The notes under the pieces: generated by a model
What the model was told of the DNA's origin: nothing
The model's database searches: none
What the model saw: only the letters and a program-made list of their open reading frames with translations
Shown here: positions 1-10,200 of the stretch, piece after piece
Position numbering within the stretch: position 1 is the stretch's first letter
Layout of the letters: each line of letters opens with the position of its first letter
Made by a program: the position numbers and the translations under genes
Assembly (NCBI GenBank): GCA_050294405.1
Contig: JBNKOC010000014.1
Span: 1-64,000 of the forward strand
Reading direction: 5' to 3'
DNA from: Fibrobacteria bacterium
GTDB lineage: Bacteria; Fibrobacterota; Fibrobacteria; UBA11236; JADFYW01
Length of the DNA: 64,000 bases

Positions 1-120
1 AGTGTTTCCCTGGGTTCTAGCCTCAAAATCAGCCAATTCTACAGCAAATGTTGGATATGACATCAGTAACATTATCGCAAGATTTAAATAATTTAAATAT
101 TTCATGTTGTTCTTATTCAT
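1..120 (-). CDS. Partial (5' end only) secreted protein running off the left edge; possibly an esterase
   Basis: Manual translation of the minus strand from ATG 120 (or 105): MNKNNMKYLNYLNLAIMLLMSYPTFA-VELADFEARTQGNT. The frame is open to base 1 and carries a Sec-type signal peptide. Not in the ORF track. Confidence 0.6.
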   Translation of the reverse strand, partial: MNKNNMKYLNYLNLAIMLLMSYPTFAVELADFEARTQGNT

Positions 121-180
121 ATTTTATTTTCTTAACTTTAATATAACAGTAAAAGAAATTTTAGCCCCAGCATTTATGCC

Positions 181-675
181 ATGAGCCCATTAAAATTCAA
201 AATTGGAGAAACATTAATTTATCCCGGGCATGGAGTTTCCCAATTGATCAATATTGAACTGCGCCAACTGGCCGGAATAGTTCAGGAAACATATGTCCTT
301 GAAATAATCGAGTCCAAAAAATGTTTTATTGTACCCGTGCAACATGCCGATATAATGGGCATCCGGCGCACTATTGGAAAATTTGAAATACTAAAGATAT
401 ATGACATTCTAAAAGAACTTCCAAACCCTAGAATTAAGCGTAGCTTTAGTATGCAACATGCTGTTTATACAAACAAAATCAAGTCTGAAAATATTTTTGA
501 CATTGCTGAAGTTTGGAGAGACCTAAAAAGAATGGGCTCTTATAAAAAACTTTCCTTTGGTACTAAAAGAGTTTTAGAAAAAGCCGAAAAACTTTTGTTG
601 GAAGAAATGGCTTTTGCCCAAAACTTATCCAAAGAAACCGTGCTTAGCCAATTAGAAACATTAATTGCTAGCTGA
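181..675 (+). CDS. carD: CarD/CdnL family RNA polymerase-binding transcription factor
   Basis: N-terminal FKIGETLIYPGHG motif; C-terminal IAEVWRDL and LSFGTKRVLEKA; 164 aa, the typical CarD length. Confidence 0.85.
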   Translation: MSPLKFKIGETLIYPGHGVSQLINIELRQLAGIVQETYVLEIIESKKCFIVPVQHADIMGIRRTIGKFEILKIYDILKELPNPRIKRSFSMQHAVYTNKIKSENIFDIAEVWRDLKRMGSYKKLSFGTKRVLEKAEKLLLEEMAFAQNLSKETVLSQLETLIAS

Positions 676-2187
676 TTTTTTCTTAGTCTTTTTCTTCTTG
701 CTAACTTTCTTTTTCTTTTTGCCTTTAGCAGAAGAATTAAAACTTTCCCTTCCTTTGTCTTTTTCCATAAAAGATTTAAACCCGTTTCCATTTTTTTGCC
801 TTCTTTTCCTACCGGGTCTTCCAGATTTAGACTTGTTTTTTTTATCTTCCTCTTTAACTACCACGACATCTTTGGGATTCAAATCATGATTGGATATGTT
901 TCCAATTTTATGCAATTCCACAGATATGAATTTTTTGATTAGCTCTTCTTTATGGAGTTTTCCCAACTCCCGGTAAGCTACATCCACCAGTGAATCGGGT
1001 ATTTTATCTGTGTTGTATTCAGATACATTTTTGCACCAACTTTCAATTCTTTTCGCCCTTACACTGTGGGAATCAGGAATCGTCAATTGGTTAAACTGAA
1101 TTTTTAATAAATTTGCGATGCGGGCGATTTTATTATTTTCCCTGGGGCCGATAAAAGCAATAGATACTCCTTTTTTACCTGCCCGCGCCGTTCTTCCGCT
1201 GCGGTGGGTGTAAAACTCTTTGCCATCCGGAAGGCTAAAATGGAATATATGGGTTAGATCATTGACATCAATACCTCTTGCGGCCACATCAGTTGCCACT
1301 AACACATGCAAATCGCCAGATTTAAACCGGGTCATAACCCTATCTCTTTGGGATTGGGATAAGTCGCCATGAAGCGAATCTACAGGATAATTTTTTTTGA
1401 TTAATCCTTCAGATAAACTTTGCGCATCTATGCGGGTCCGGCAAAAAACAATACCTCGCATATCGGGTTCCATTTCCAAAAATCGTATCAAGGCTTCTGT
1501 TTTATCCTTGGCATGGACTTTTACAAAATAATGCCCAATATTAGTATTTACCAGGTTTTTTGGATTGATTTTCACTTCGATGGGATTGTCCATGTAAGTG
1601 TTTACAATTTTCTTTATTTCATTTGGCATAGTTGCCGAAAAAAGCCAGGTAAATTTGCTATCAGGCGTCTGGCTTAAAATGGCATCTAAATCTTCTTTAA
1701 ATCCCATGTTTAACATTTCATCGGCTTCGTCCAGAATCAAATACTTTACAGAATTTAATTGGACCGCTTTCCTGCGAATTAAATCATTTAATCGTCCGGG
1801 AGTAGCAATCAATATATGCTGGGATTTTTTTAATTGCCTGATTTGATCGCCAATGGAAGCTCCGCCATATACGGCCATGGTGTTTATGTTGCCTAAGTGT
1901 TTTCCAAACAGTTTTAATTGCTGGGAAATTTGCTGGCCCAGTTCACGGGTGGGAGCTAATATGAGCGCCTGAATTACTTTGTCTTCGGATTTTATTTTGT
2001 CCAAAAGTGGAAGGCCAAATGCTGCGGTTTTACCTGTGCCCGTTTGAGCTAAGCCTATAAAGTCTCTGTCTTCGCCATTTAAAATAGGAATGGCGTTTCC
2101 CTGGATTTCACTTGGGGTTTCAAAACCCATTTCTTCGATAGCCTTTAAGAGATTTTCAGAAAGGCCGAGGTTCTTAAATTGATTCAT
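661..2187 (-). CDS. DEAD-box RNA helicase (DeaD/CshA-like) with a Lys-rich tail
   Basis: Q motif GFETPSEIQ, AQTGTGKT, PTRELG, TPGR, DEAD, SAT, ARGID, HRSGRTAR. The 3' end overlaps carD by 15 nt. Confidence 0.95.
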   Translation of the reverse strand: MNQFKNLGLSENLLKAIEEMGFETPSEIQGNAIPILNGEDRDFIGLAQTGTGKTAAFGLPLLDKIKSEDKVIQALILAPTRELGQQISQQLKLFGKHLGNINTMAVYGGASIGDQIRQLKKSQHILIATPGRLNDLIRRKAVQLNSVKYLILDEADEMLNMGFKEDLDAILSQTPDSKFTWLFSATMPNEIKKIVNTYMDNPIEVKINPKNLVNTNIGHYFVKVHAKDKTEALIRFLEMEPDMRGIVFCRTRIDAQSLSEGLIKKNYPVDSLHGDLSQSQRDRVMTRFKSGDLHVLVATDVAARGIDVNDLTHIFHFSLPDGKEFYTHRSGRTARAGKKGVSIAFIGPRENNKIARIANLLKIQFNQLTIPDSHSVRAKRIESWCKNVSEYNTDKIPDSLVDVAYRELGKLHKEELIKKFISVELHKIGNISNHDLNPKDVVVVKEEDKKNKSKSGRPGRKRRQKNGNGFKSFMEKDKGRESFNSSAKGKKKKKVSKKKKTKKKSASN

Positions 2188-2331
2188 GTTTTCTCGTTTA
2201 AATAAGGAGCCAAAGTTAATTTAAAAGGGTTAATAAATCCCTTAAATTAAGTGTATTTAGCTGTCTATTTTTTATTGAAGTTCTCAAAATTCTGTAATAA
2301 AATCCTATTTGCACTAATCTTGGAGGATTTT

Positions 2332-3188
2332 TTGACAAAATTAAAGAAATTCCATGCTTTTCTATTTTCTCTTTTTATAGCGACAAATGTTTCTCAAGGC
2401 GAAAGCGTGTCCTATTCAAAGAATTATGACAGGCCTTATGGCAAAAAGCTCCATATAGCCCTGCCCTTGGGAGTTCAGGGAAGTCGAGCCATGACCCTGT
2501 CCCTTCATTCGCGTTACGAGGTATACCCAGGGCTGCTGGAAATACATGGTTTGGGAATTGCCAATGTCCTAAACATGTCCATAGACAATGGCGGATTTTC
2601 TAATCAATATGAAGCAGGAGCTACACTTCAGTTAGGTCGATTTAAAAAATCTTCAAGAAAAGGGATAAATCTGGAAAGCGTTGTGAATTACGTCACTCAA
2701 ATGGCAAAAGTTAAAAGCCTTAAAAAAGTAGGGGACTTAGGTATATCCTATTTTCTTTCCGGGGGTATTTGGGGACGCAATGCCGGCATGAATGTAAAGA
2801 CTACAGCTCCAATGGCACCGATTTTGACAATGGAAGTTTAAACTTCGATATGGATATTGCTTATGACGCTGAAAACAATTTTTTAACTTTTACCAATATT
2901 GGAGATTTTGGAACGTCCAATATTAGACTGCTCCTCCAGGATTTGGAAACAGACCATCAGGCAGATTTGCGCTTTTGCACCTTTTATGTGGAAGACAATC
3001 GATTTTAGCGCTGTGTGGCCCCTATTACTCAATTTGAAGTGAGTTTTGATGTAAAAGAATCCGATAACAAAGGCTATGTAAATGGAACTATTTCAGGTGA
3101 TTTTTATATTAAACCTTCCTACATGGTGGTTAACGAATCTCAAATAGAAAATGTTAGCGGTAGCTTTCAGTTTAATCTTCCCGATTAA
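2332..3188 (+). pseudogene. Disrupted or chimeric exported-protein gene (frame change near 2790 plus in-frame TAG at 3006-3008)
   Basis: GGAGG plus TTG at 2332 opens a signal-peptide ORF that stops at 2841. A second frame from about 2790 reads protein-like (CKDYSSNGTDFDNG...) to TAG 3006-3008, then continues in frame for 59 codons (RCVAPITQFEVSF...FQFNLPD) to TAA 3186-3188, followed by a terminator. Confidence 0.55.
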
Positions 3189-3208
3189 TTTTCCTTTGTT
3201 CTTAAAAT

Positions 3209-3238
3209 AAAAAGTCCCTGTTAATCAGGGATTTTTTT
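3209..3238 (+). terminator. Rho-independent terminator
   Basis: AAAAGTCCCTG-TTAAT-CAGGGATTTTTTT hairpin with a T tract. Confidence 0.75.
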
Positions 3239-3404
3239 ATCCGCATTTCTAATAAAATTCGCCCCTTTTTATTTAAAAACCATCTTATGAGTAATGAACT
3301 TGCGCAAAGAGAAATAAGAAGGGGATTCCAAACAAACCAAGTACAGAATTTATGATGCATGAGCTTTAAAAATAGATCACCCCAGAAGCCAAATTTGTAC
3401 CCAT

Positions 3405-3436
3405 AAAAAAAGGCCCTCTATACAGAGGACCTTTTT
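3405..3436 (-). terminator. Rho-independent terminator of the 3468-4361 lipoprotein gene
   Basis: A-tract, then AGGCCCTCT-ATAC-AGAGGACCT, then T-tract, about 30 nt past the stop codon. Confidence 0.65.
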
Positions 3437-3467
3437 GATTAATTCTGTGCTACTTTAAACCAGATTC

Positions 3468-4361
3468 TTACTTAGTGCCCTTTGCAGTAAGTACAGCTTC
3501 GGTGTTTTGAGAAGAAACACTTTCCACTTTAATCAGGGAAATTTTGCCTTGGTCTGTTTTAACAATCACAACCATGGCCCCCGAAACAGCCAATTCCCCA
3601 GGGCTTAATACTTTGGAATCGTCCCAAAGATCGTCAATTTCTTCCTGAGTTGTAATGGCATCGTATTGCGCGGCAGTTAATGAAGTTTTGTAGAACTGAG
3701 TGGCATTGGTGGTCGCCCAATTATTTACCAATGTAAAGCCATCGGTTTTGGCTTCAGCAGGCGCATAAAGGCGAGCTTCAGTTCCGTTTAAGGCGCTTAC
3801 GAAAATAAGGTCAATGCTGGCAGACGCAGATCTTGCAGCAGCCACTAACATCACTTCCATTTCATCCGCATCCAAAGAACTTCCCAATGTGGCATGCCCT
3901 TGGGCACCCATGGAAATTGAAGATTCTGTTACAGGAGTACCTGAATTTCCGGTGATGGTAAGGGTAGCGCTTTTAGATGTGCTGGTTCCCCCGGCATTTA
4001 CGGTTAAAGTTATTTGATATTCCCCAGCCATGGCATTAGCATTAGCTGTAACGGAGATACTAACATCTTCGTCTTTGCCAATATCAAAAGAAGTTGCGGA
4101 GGGAACCGCATCCTGGGCAACTGTAAAGCTGCTTTTGGCGTCGCTGCCATCTTTGGTAATGGCAACATCCATTCCAGTTACGGCAACGTCAGATTTTACA
4201 CTTCCTGAAATATGAACTGTTTGGCCGCCTGCAGCAGAAGTGGCCGATAGTGCGAAATTGGTAATGCTGACTTCATCATCATTACCATCGGTTATACAGC
4301 CCGTAAAAACCGCTGCGAAGCCAACCAGACAAGTGGTTATAAGTTTTTTTGTTAGATTCAT
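3468..4361 (-). CDS. Surface lipoprotein with an Ig-like N-terminal domain and a C-terminal domain of unknown function
   Basis: Lipobox FTGC; Ser/Thr/Ala-rich beta-strand pattern; AGGAG RBS. Confidence 0.7.
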   Translation of the reverse strand: MNLTKKLITTCLVGFAAVFTGCITDGNDDEVSITNFALSATSAAGGQTVHISGSVKSDVAVTGMDVAITKDGSDAKSSFTVAQDAVPSATSFDIGKDEDVSISVTANANAMAGEYQITLTVNAGGTSTSKSATLTITGNSGTPVTESSISMGAQGHATLGSSLDADEMEVMLVAAARSASASIDLIFVSALNGTEARLYAPAEAKTDGFTLVNNWATTNATQFYKTSLTAAQYDAITTQEEIDDLWDDSKVLSPGELAVSGAMVVIVKTDQGKISLIKVESVSSQNTEAVLTAKGTK

Positions 4362-4539
4362 TTTGAATAACTCCTTAGAATTTGGTTAAAGTGAGGCACA
4401 TTTTTGAATATTTTGAATATTATACACTTATGATTTTTAGTAATTCATCCGTAAATTACAATTTTTATGATTTAAATAAATAAAAATCCTAAAATTATTT
4501 ATGCCATTATTTTATAATTTTCAGCACTGCGAGGCGACC

Positions 4540-5379
4540 ATGCACAAGAAATTATTTACACTCGGCAAAGCTTCAAGTTTGCTGTTATTTTTTCCTTTAT
4601 ACTTACTGATTTCTGGTTGCGCCCCAAAGGATGCCAGTGTGGTAATAATGACAAACTCCCAGGAGGAAAAGCTGGGAGCCGAATTCCATGCCCAGCTTCT
4701 GGCCAATTCAGCGGAATACCCCATTTTCCAGGCTGACACGCCCGAAAAACAGGCCTTTAAAACCTATATCACCCAGGTTTTTTTGGATGTGTACAATTCC
4801 ATACCTAAAGAAGATGAAGTAAATTACAATAAAGATCCCTTTACCTTTACCATTATAGATGCCAATGTGGAAAATGCCTTCGCTGTGGCAGGGGGATACG
4901 TGTACATTTACACTGGAATTATCAAAAGCATGCAGGATGAATCAGAACTTGCAGGGGTTTTAGGCCATGAAATAGCCCATATTACCATGCACCACTACCG
5001 CCGTTCCATTGCAGGACAGGCCGTTGCCTCAACTCTTATCGATGCCTTGGTAGGAGAAGAATCAAAGCTTACAGATTTCGTGAAAGGCAGTTTTTCCGTT
5101 TTGGCTGGTTCTTATTTAAGCCGGGATCACGAGGCGGAATCTGACGAAAGGGGAACTGTGTATTTAGCCAATAGTGGTCGAAATCCTCTGGGAATTGCCT
5201 CATATTTTAGTCGTATGGAGGATTCTGGCTTAAAATGGCTTTCGTCACATCCAGAGGCCTCTGAAAGAGTATCCGAAGTACAAGCGCAAGTGGATAAAGA
5301 ATCTAGCTGGTCAAGCCTTTTAACGGAAGAGAAAAAGTTTAAGGATACCTTTTTGGAAAATACGGCCGCTATTCGCTAG
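4540..5379 (+). CDS. M48 family zinc metalloprotease lipoprotein (BepA/LoiP-like)
   Basis: Lipobox ISGC; NAFA, HEIAH zinc motif, ExEAD-like EAESDE and SHP; GAGG RBS before ATG 4540. Confidence 0.9.
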   Translation: MHKKLFTLGKASSLLLFFPLYLLISGCAPKDASVVIMTNSQEEKLGAEFHAQLLANSAEYPIFQADTPEKQAFKTYITQVFLDVYNSIPKEDEVNYNKDPFTFTIIDANVENAFAVAGGYVYIYTGIIKSMQDESELAGVLGHEIAHITMHHYRRSIAGQAVASTLIDALVGEESKLTDFVKGSFSVLAGSYLSRDHEAESDERGTVYLANSGRNPLGIASYFSRMEDSGLKWLSSHPEASERVSEVQAQVDKESSWSSLLTEEKKFKDTFLENTAAIR

Positions 5380-5382
5380 CCT

Positions 5383-7269
5383 CTAAAAAGCCTGGGCCAG
5401 GTCCACTACAATTCGATTGTCGGAAAAATCTGGCCCTTTGTCCCAGCCCACGGCATAATCAAAACGCAAGTCAAATAGCAAAATGGGGACTCTAACTCCC
5501 AGACCCAGATCAAAACCCTTTCCATCTTCATTTTGGGAAGAGGATTTATCCCATATCCTGCCATAGTCCACGAAGGGAACAAACTGCATGTATTTAAAGT
5601 GCCTCCAAAAACTGATTTTGGAAAATTTCTTATGGTAAAAGGGAATGGCTCTGATTTCCAAAGAGGTTAAATAATATATTGGGGTTAGATCTTCCCGACA
5701 TAGAAGGAGTCCGCTGTCCTCATTCAAAGTGCGTTCAGGACACAATTCTCCAGCATCCTTATTTCGAATAGAAGAGTTTCCCCCTAAATAAAAACGTCGG
5801 GAATTGGTCCAACCTTTTCCCAAGAAGCTCCCTCCATCCAGCCTAAGAGCCAGAATGTAATTGGAAAGCATAGGGAAATAAAAAGAAGAATTCATTTCAA
5901 ACCAATTATGCCTGATTTCCGCTAGCCTGAATTCTTCATTGGCATCCAAAAGTGGACCGCCATTTCCATGTATCCATTTTAACTGCACGCCTCTTCTGGG
6001 ATTAATAACATCATCCACATAGCTCATTTTAAGGGAGTTTATCCAGTTTAAATCCAAAACCCTTTCTCTGGTATTATTGGTTGTGCTCACCAGTTCCAAT
6101 TTACTGAAAGCGCTCCAATGGGAATTAAAAATCCAGATTAAAGAAGAAGACAACAAGGCGTCAAAAGGAGATTCTTCCGGCCGGATCTCCTGGCGCCATA
6201 CCAGGTCCAATTCATTTTGACTTTTAATACTGGAACCAAATAACAAAGGGTTTCCCAAACCCAATGTTATTTTTTGCCTTCTTTGAGCAAGCCTTAATTT
6301 TCCCATTCCATGGTAAAAACGCCCAAGGATATTTTTATGGGACCAATATGTACCCATGCCAAACCCATCTTCCGTTTCCCAAAAAACATTCCCCCCCAAA
6401 CTTCCTGGAATTCTTTCTTCGGTGCGCACAATAATGGCGCTGCGCATTTCCTTATCTATTAAAAGGCTATCTCTAATACGTACATAATTAAAGCTTTTGG
6501 TGGACTTTAATTTCTTTTTAAAACTGTTGGCCTCACTTAAATTTAAGGTATCTCCTCTTTCAAAAGGCAAAAGGTTTCGCATAAAGCCCTGTCTGGTAAC
6601 CCCATTTACTTTTTTCCCACGGCTTTCTCTTCTGTTATCAATTATTAAAGTGTCGAATATGATTAAATAAGAGGGATCCACTTCAAAACTAACATCCACT
6701 TTATTCAAACTATCCGAGACATCAAATTCAATTTGCACTTTCCGTTTGGCATATCCTTTTTCGCCATATTTTTTATCAATGAATTCCTTATCCTCCTGGG
6801 CAATTTGAAAAGAAAAGTTTTTGCCATCTTGGGATTTTAAATCCGCCAATTGAACGAGTGGGTCGCTATCATCCAGAGTACTTATAGTTACATTCCCAAA
6901 GCTATACCGGGGACCTTCCACAACAACAATCAATGTTTGCCAGGATCCCAATGAACTCAACTTTAGTTTTGAGTTTGATTGTAATTCTATTCCCGTGGAT
7001 TTGGATATTATTTTAATGTATGCGGATACTTCAAAAAAGCCCAGGCTTTCATAATAACTTAAAATTTCATCTAAGATTCCATCTTTCCAGTATTTAAGAG
7101 AACTGCCATTATATTCTCCAAAATTTTCAGGATATACCACAAACTTTTTTAAAGCCCTGGAACTAGCGCTCTCATTGCCCTCTATTTTTATAGATTGGGC
7201 ATGAACAGGGTTTATAGAAAACAAGCTCCAAAATGCTAGTAACCAAAAAAAAGAATTGCGGCGCTCCAT
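5383..7269 (-). CDS. tamA: Omp85 superfamily outer-membrane protein, TamA-like (POTRA repeats plus barrel)
   Basis: Signal peptide; POTRA-type segments (IKIEGN, YESLGFF, YGEKGY); barrel motifs FYLGG-NSSIR, FVDYG, GLGVR, RFDYA; C-terminal QAF; immediately downstream of a tamB-like gene. Confidence 0.8.
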   Translation of the reverse strand: MERRNSFFWLLAFWSLFSINPVHAQSIKIEGNESASSRALKKFVVYPENFGEYNGSSLKYWKDGILDEILSYYESLGFFEVSAYIKIISKSTGIELQSNSKLKLSSLGSWQTLIVVVEGPRYSFGNVTISTLDDSDPLVQLADLKSQDGKNFSFQIAQEDKEFIDKKYGEKGYAKRKVQIEFDVSDSLNKVDVSFEVDPSYLIIFDTLIIDNRRESRGKKVNGVTRQGFMRNLLPFERGDTLNLSEANSFKKKLKSTKSFNYVRIRDSLLIDKEMRSAIIVRTEERIPGSLGGNVFWETEDGFGMGTYWSHKNILGRFYHGMGKLRLAQRRQKITLGLGNPLLFGSSIKSQNELDLVWRQEIRPEESPFDALLSSSLIWIFNSHWSAFSKLELVSTTNNTRERVLDLNWINSLKMSYVDDVINPRRGVQLKWIHGNGGPLLDANEEFRLAEIRHNWFEMNSSFYFPMLSNYILALRLDGGSFLGKGWTNSRRFYLGGNSSIRNKDAGELCPERTLNEDSGLLLCREDLTPIYYLTSLEIRAIPFYHKKFSKISFWRHFKYMQFVPFVDYGRIWDKSSSQNEDGKGFDLGLGVRVPILLFDLRFDYAVGWDKGPDFSDNRIVVDLAQAF

Positions 7270-7277
7270 GTTTACAA

Positions 7278-10200
7278 TCACCAAATCTCCCAAAAATTGT
7301 ATCTGTATTGGGCGCCTGCTTCCAATCGGAGCTCCGTTTCTGTTTCCACCTCCACGCGGTTTTTTGAATCTGAAACAGATTTTGCTTTTACATCTAAGAG
7401 GATATTGTTTTTAACCCTATGCACCCAGGTGGAATTTTCACTGAGCTTTTCCAGGGGGGGCTTCCATTCCAACCCAACTTCATATTCAGTTGAGTTTTCC
7501 TGGCTGCTCAAACCCAAACTTCCCCGAACACCTTTTACAATTTCACCAGTTTGGCAAACTCCTGATGTGGTGGCGCTATTTTCCGAAGTCATCCCACTGT
7601 AACTTGGGGATGTGGTTTGAGCTTTATCCTCCTTATTTTGAATAAGGTGCTGGATACCATATATTTGGCAACCTTCCACCAGGCCCCCGGTGTTTTTTTT
7701 AAGCCAGGAGGAAGTAATATCTGTCAATAAGCCACTGGCAAAGGCCCAGGAGGCGTCTTCTCCGGTTAAATCCGGATCGTAACATCCGAGACTCACGGAT
7801 TTTAAAAGTGTTAAAGCCTCTCCTTCATCCCCCAAGTCTCCCCCACAGCTTCCGCTATACACAAATTCCAAGTCATTCAATTTGCCTGTGGTAATGAGTT
7901 CCACATAACAACTATCGGAATTTTTGGCATAACAGTCTTCAGCCAATTTTATTTGAGCGCTTAATTCGGTGGAACCATATTCCACTGGCTCGACAAACCA
8001 ACTTAATCCTAAAATGTTTAAATTATAAGACTTGTTAGCTAAATAAAATTCTCCTTCAATGGAATTCACTTCTCCGGTAAGCAATACATCAGGAATTTGT
8101 CCGGTTAATTGGACATCACCTTCAAAGGAAGAATTCAAAAAAGTGGTATTGACCAAATTGTTATTTCCCAGAGTATAAACCCGTAGGTCCATTTCCACTG
8201 GCAAATATTTTTTTTGCGTTTTTCTTTTATTTGCCTTTCTTCTATCTAATCTTTTAAACATATTGGATAAACTGGAAATAGAAACTGTTTGATGGCTTAA
8301 ACCAAAATTTTCCACCGCCAGTTCTCCAGCCAACTTATAACTGCTTAAAAGTTCTTTTTGCCCGGTATGTTTATTAAACTGTAGTGAAACAGACTTTAAG
8401 CCCGTACCCACTTGCATATGGCTTTCTCTGTGTTGGTAAGAGCCATTTTTAAAATCCAGTTTCAGAATAAGATCCGGATGGTTTTGTTCCAGTTTAAAGG
8501 ATAAACCTTCCGTCCTGAGCAAATGGCTTCCAGGGAAAGGGAAATCAAATTTTTGGCTTTCCAGTCGGAACTGAGCTTTTAAATCATCTTCAAATAACAA
8601 ACGCCCCTCTGCTTTTGCCTTTTGGCCATTTTCAGATTTTAACTCTAAATTTTTAAGGAAAGCCTGATTGCTATCCAGAGAAAACTCTCCTTGCGCATAA
8701 AGTTTTGGAAAATTTTCCAACTCATATTCGAGCTGTTTTAACTTTGAATTGGAAACAGAAAATACTGGCTTTTTAAAATCCCTAAAATCAAATACAATAT
8801 CTCCCATAACATCCAGATTGTTGATTTTGCCTTTTTGTTCTCCTAAATCCAAATCTCCTTCAATATCAAACACTGCTTTAACAATTTTTGAATCATATAA
8901 TTTTCCATTTATACTGCTGTTTATTTTTCCCAAACTTTCCAAAGTAATTTGAACATCTCGTGTTTCTTCCAATACATTTTTCACCTTTAGCTTAAAACCG
9001 TGGTTTAACCATTCATTCTCTTGGGAATGTATTCCTCCCACAAGAGTAATTCCGAAATCATTTCCCGATAAAACTAGGCTGTTGAATTCAAGTTCTGAAC
9101 TTGCGTTTTGCAGTCTGATGTTATCCAGCATCAGATCACCACTAAAGCCCCCTCGCTGATTGTACAACATTTCACCTTTAAAATTTAAGCTATCTACTAA
9201 AGAATCCTTTATCATGGCTATCCAGGGAGACAGTTCCAATCCCGAGCTGTTAATAGAAAAGTACTCTACATTTCGAATTGAAAAATTTTCGGGACTAAAA
9301 AAAGGCGCTTTTTTCAAATGAATTAAGGATTTGAACTGAAGCTGCTCTTTGTTATGCTCCAACTTTATATCTTTCAATTCCAAATAATCCGCCGTCCAAT
9401 CTCCAAAAACATTAAGTGATATATCTTTATTATTGATATTTATTTTGGCGCTCAAATCGGCTTCTCCACTATTAGCTGCAAAATTCCACTTAAATAACCC
9501 CGTCAATTCAGGAGATGCAAAGGGAATTTTTTCCATTCCCCCGTAAGGAAGTTTATGAGGTCTTAAAAATTGAGTTTGAAATTCAATAGCCTTATACCCC
9601 GGCATATTTATGTTAAAATCACCATCCGCTCCTTTTGCCCATAAGTACAGGCCAGCCTGATTTTTTCCGCTGACTTTAAACATATTCTCTGAACTACCCC
9701 ACAATATATTTCCGTATACATTCCACTGATTTTCCGCTTGCTGCCAATGGCTTGAATCTATTTGTATTCCAAAGGGGTATATTTTTCCAAACAGTTTTAG
9801 GGAATCTGCAATACTGCCATAGGCCCTGCCCTGGGTTAAATTAGCCTGGAGGTTGTACTCATTCCCAGTTCCGTTCAAACTTATTTGTAAGTCATCGTAG
9901 TTGAAATTGCTGTCTGTCCAGGTTTTAACCCATGTTTCCTCTGGAGAAATTTGACCCTCTAAATTTATTTGGAAGCCCTTCCCATAATCAATTATGGCTT
10001 CCAGCACACTGGAATCCATGGTGGTCATTTCTATGTTAATACGCTTTTCTTCTATATTCCCTTTAAGACTATTTATGCCTATTGGAATGTTATTTTTACC
10101 TGCAACAAATCCGAAGTCCTTGAAATATCCCTCAAAACTGGCATCTGTATTATTTAAGGAATCTAAATACTGGGGCCCTTTTAAAAGCCCTCCTAATTTT

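Noticed and set aside
3006..3008. Possible amber recoding (pyrrolysine or alternative code)
   Set aside because: TAG terminates several intact genes in the window, no other gene has an internal TAG, and no pyl genes are seen.
3287..3355. 22-codon ORF MSNELAQREIRRGFQTNQVQNL between two terminators
   Set aside because: No RBS and no recognisable features.
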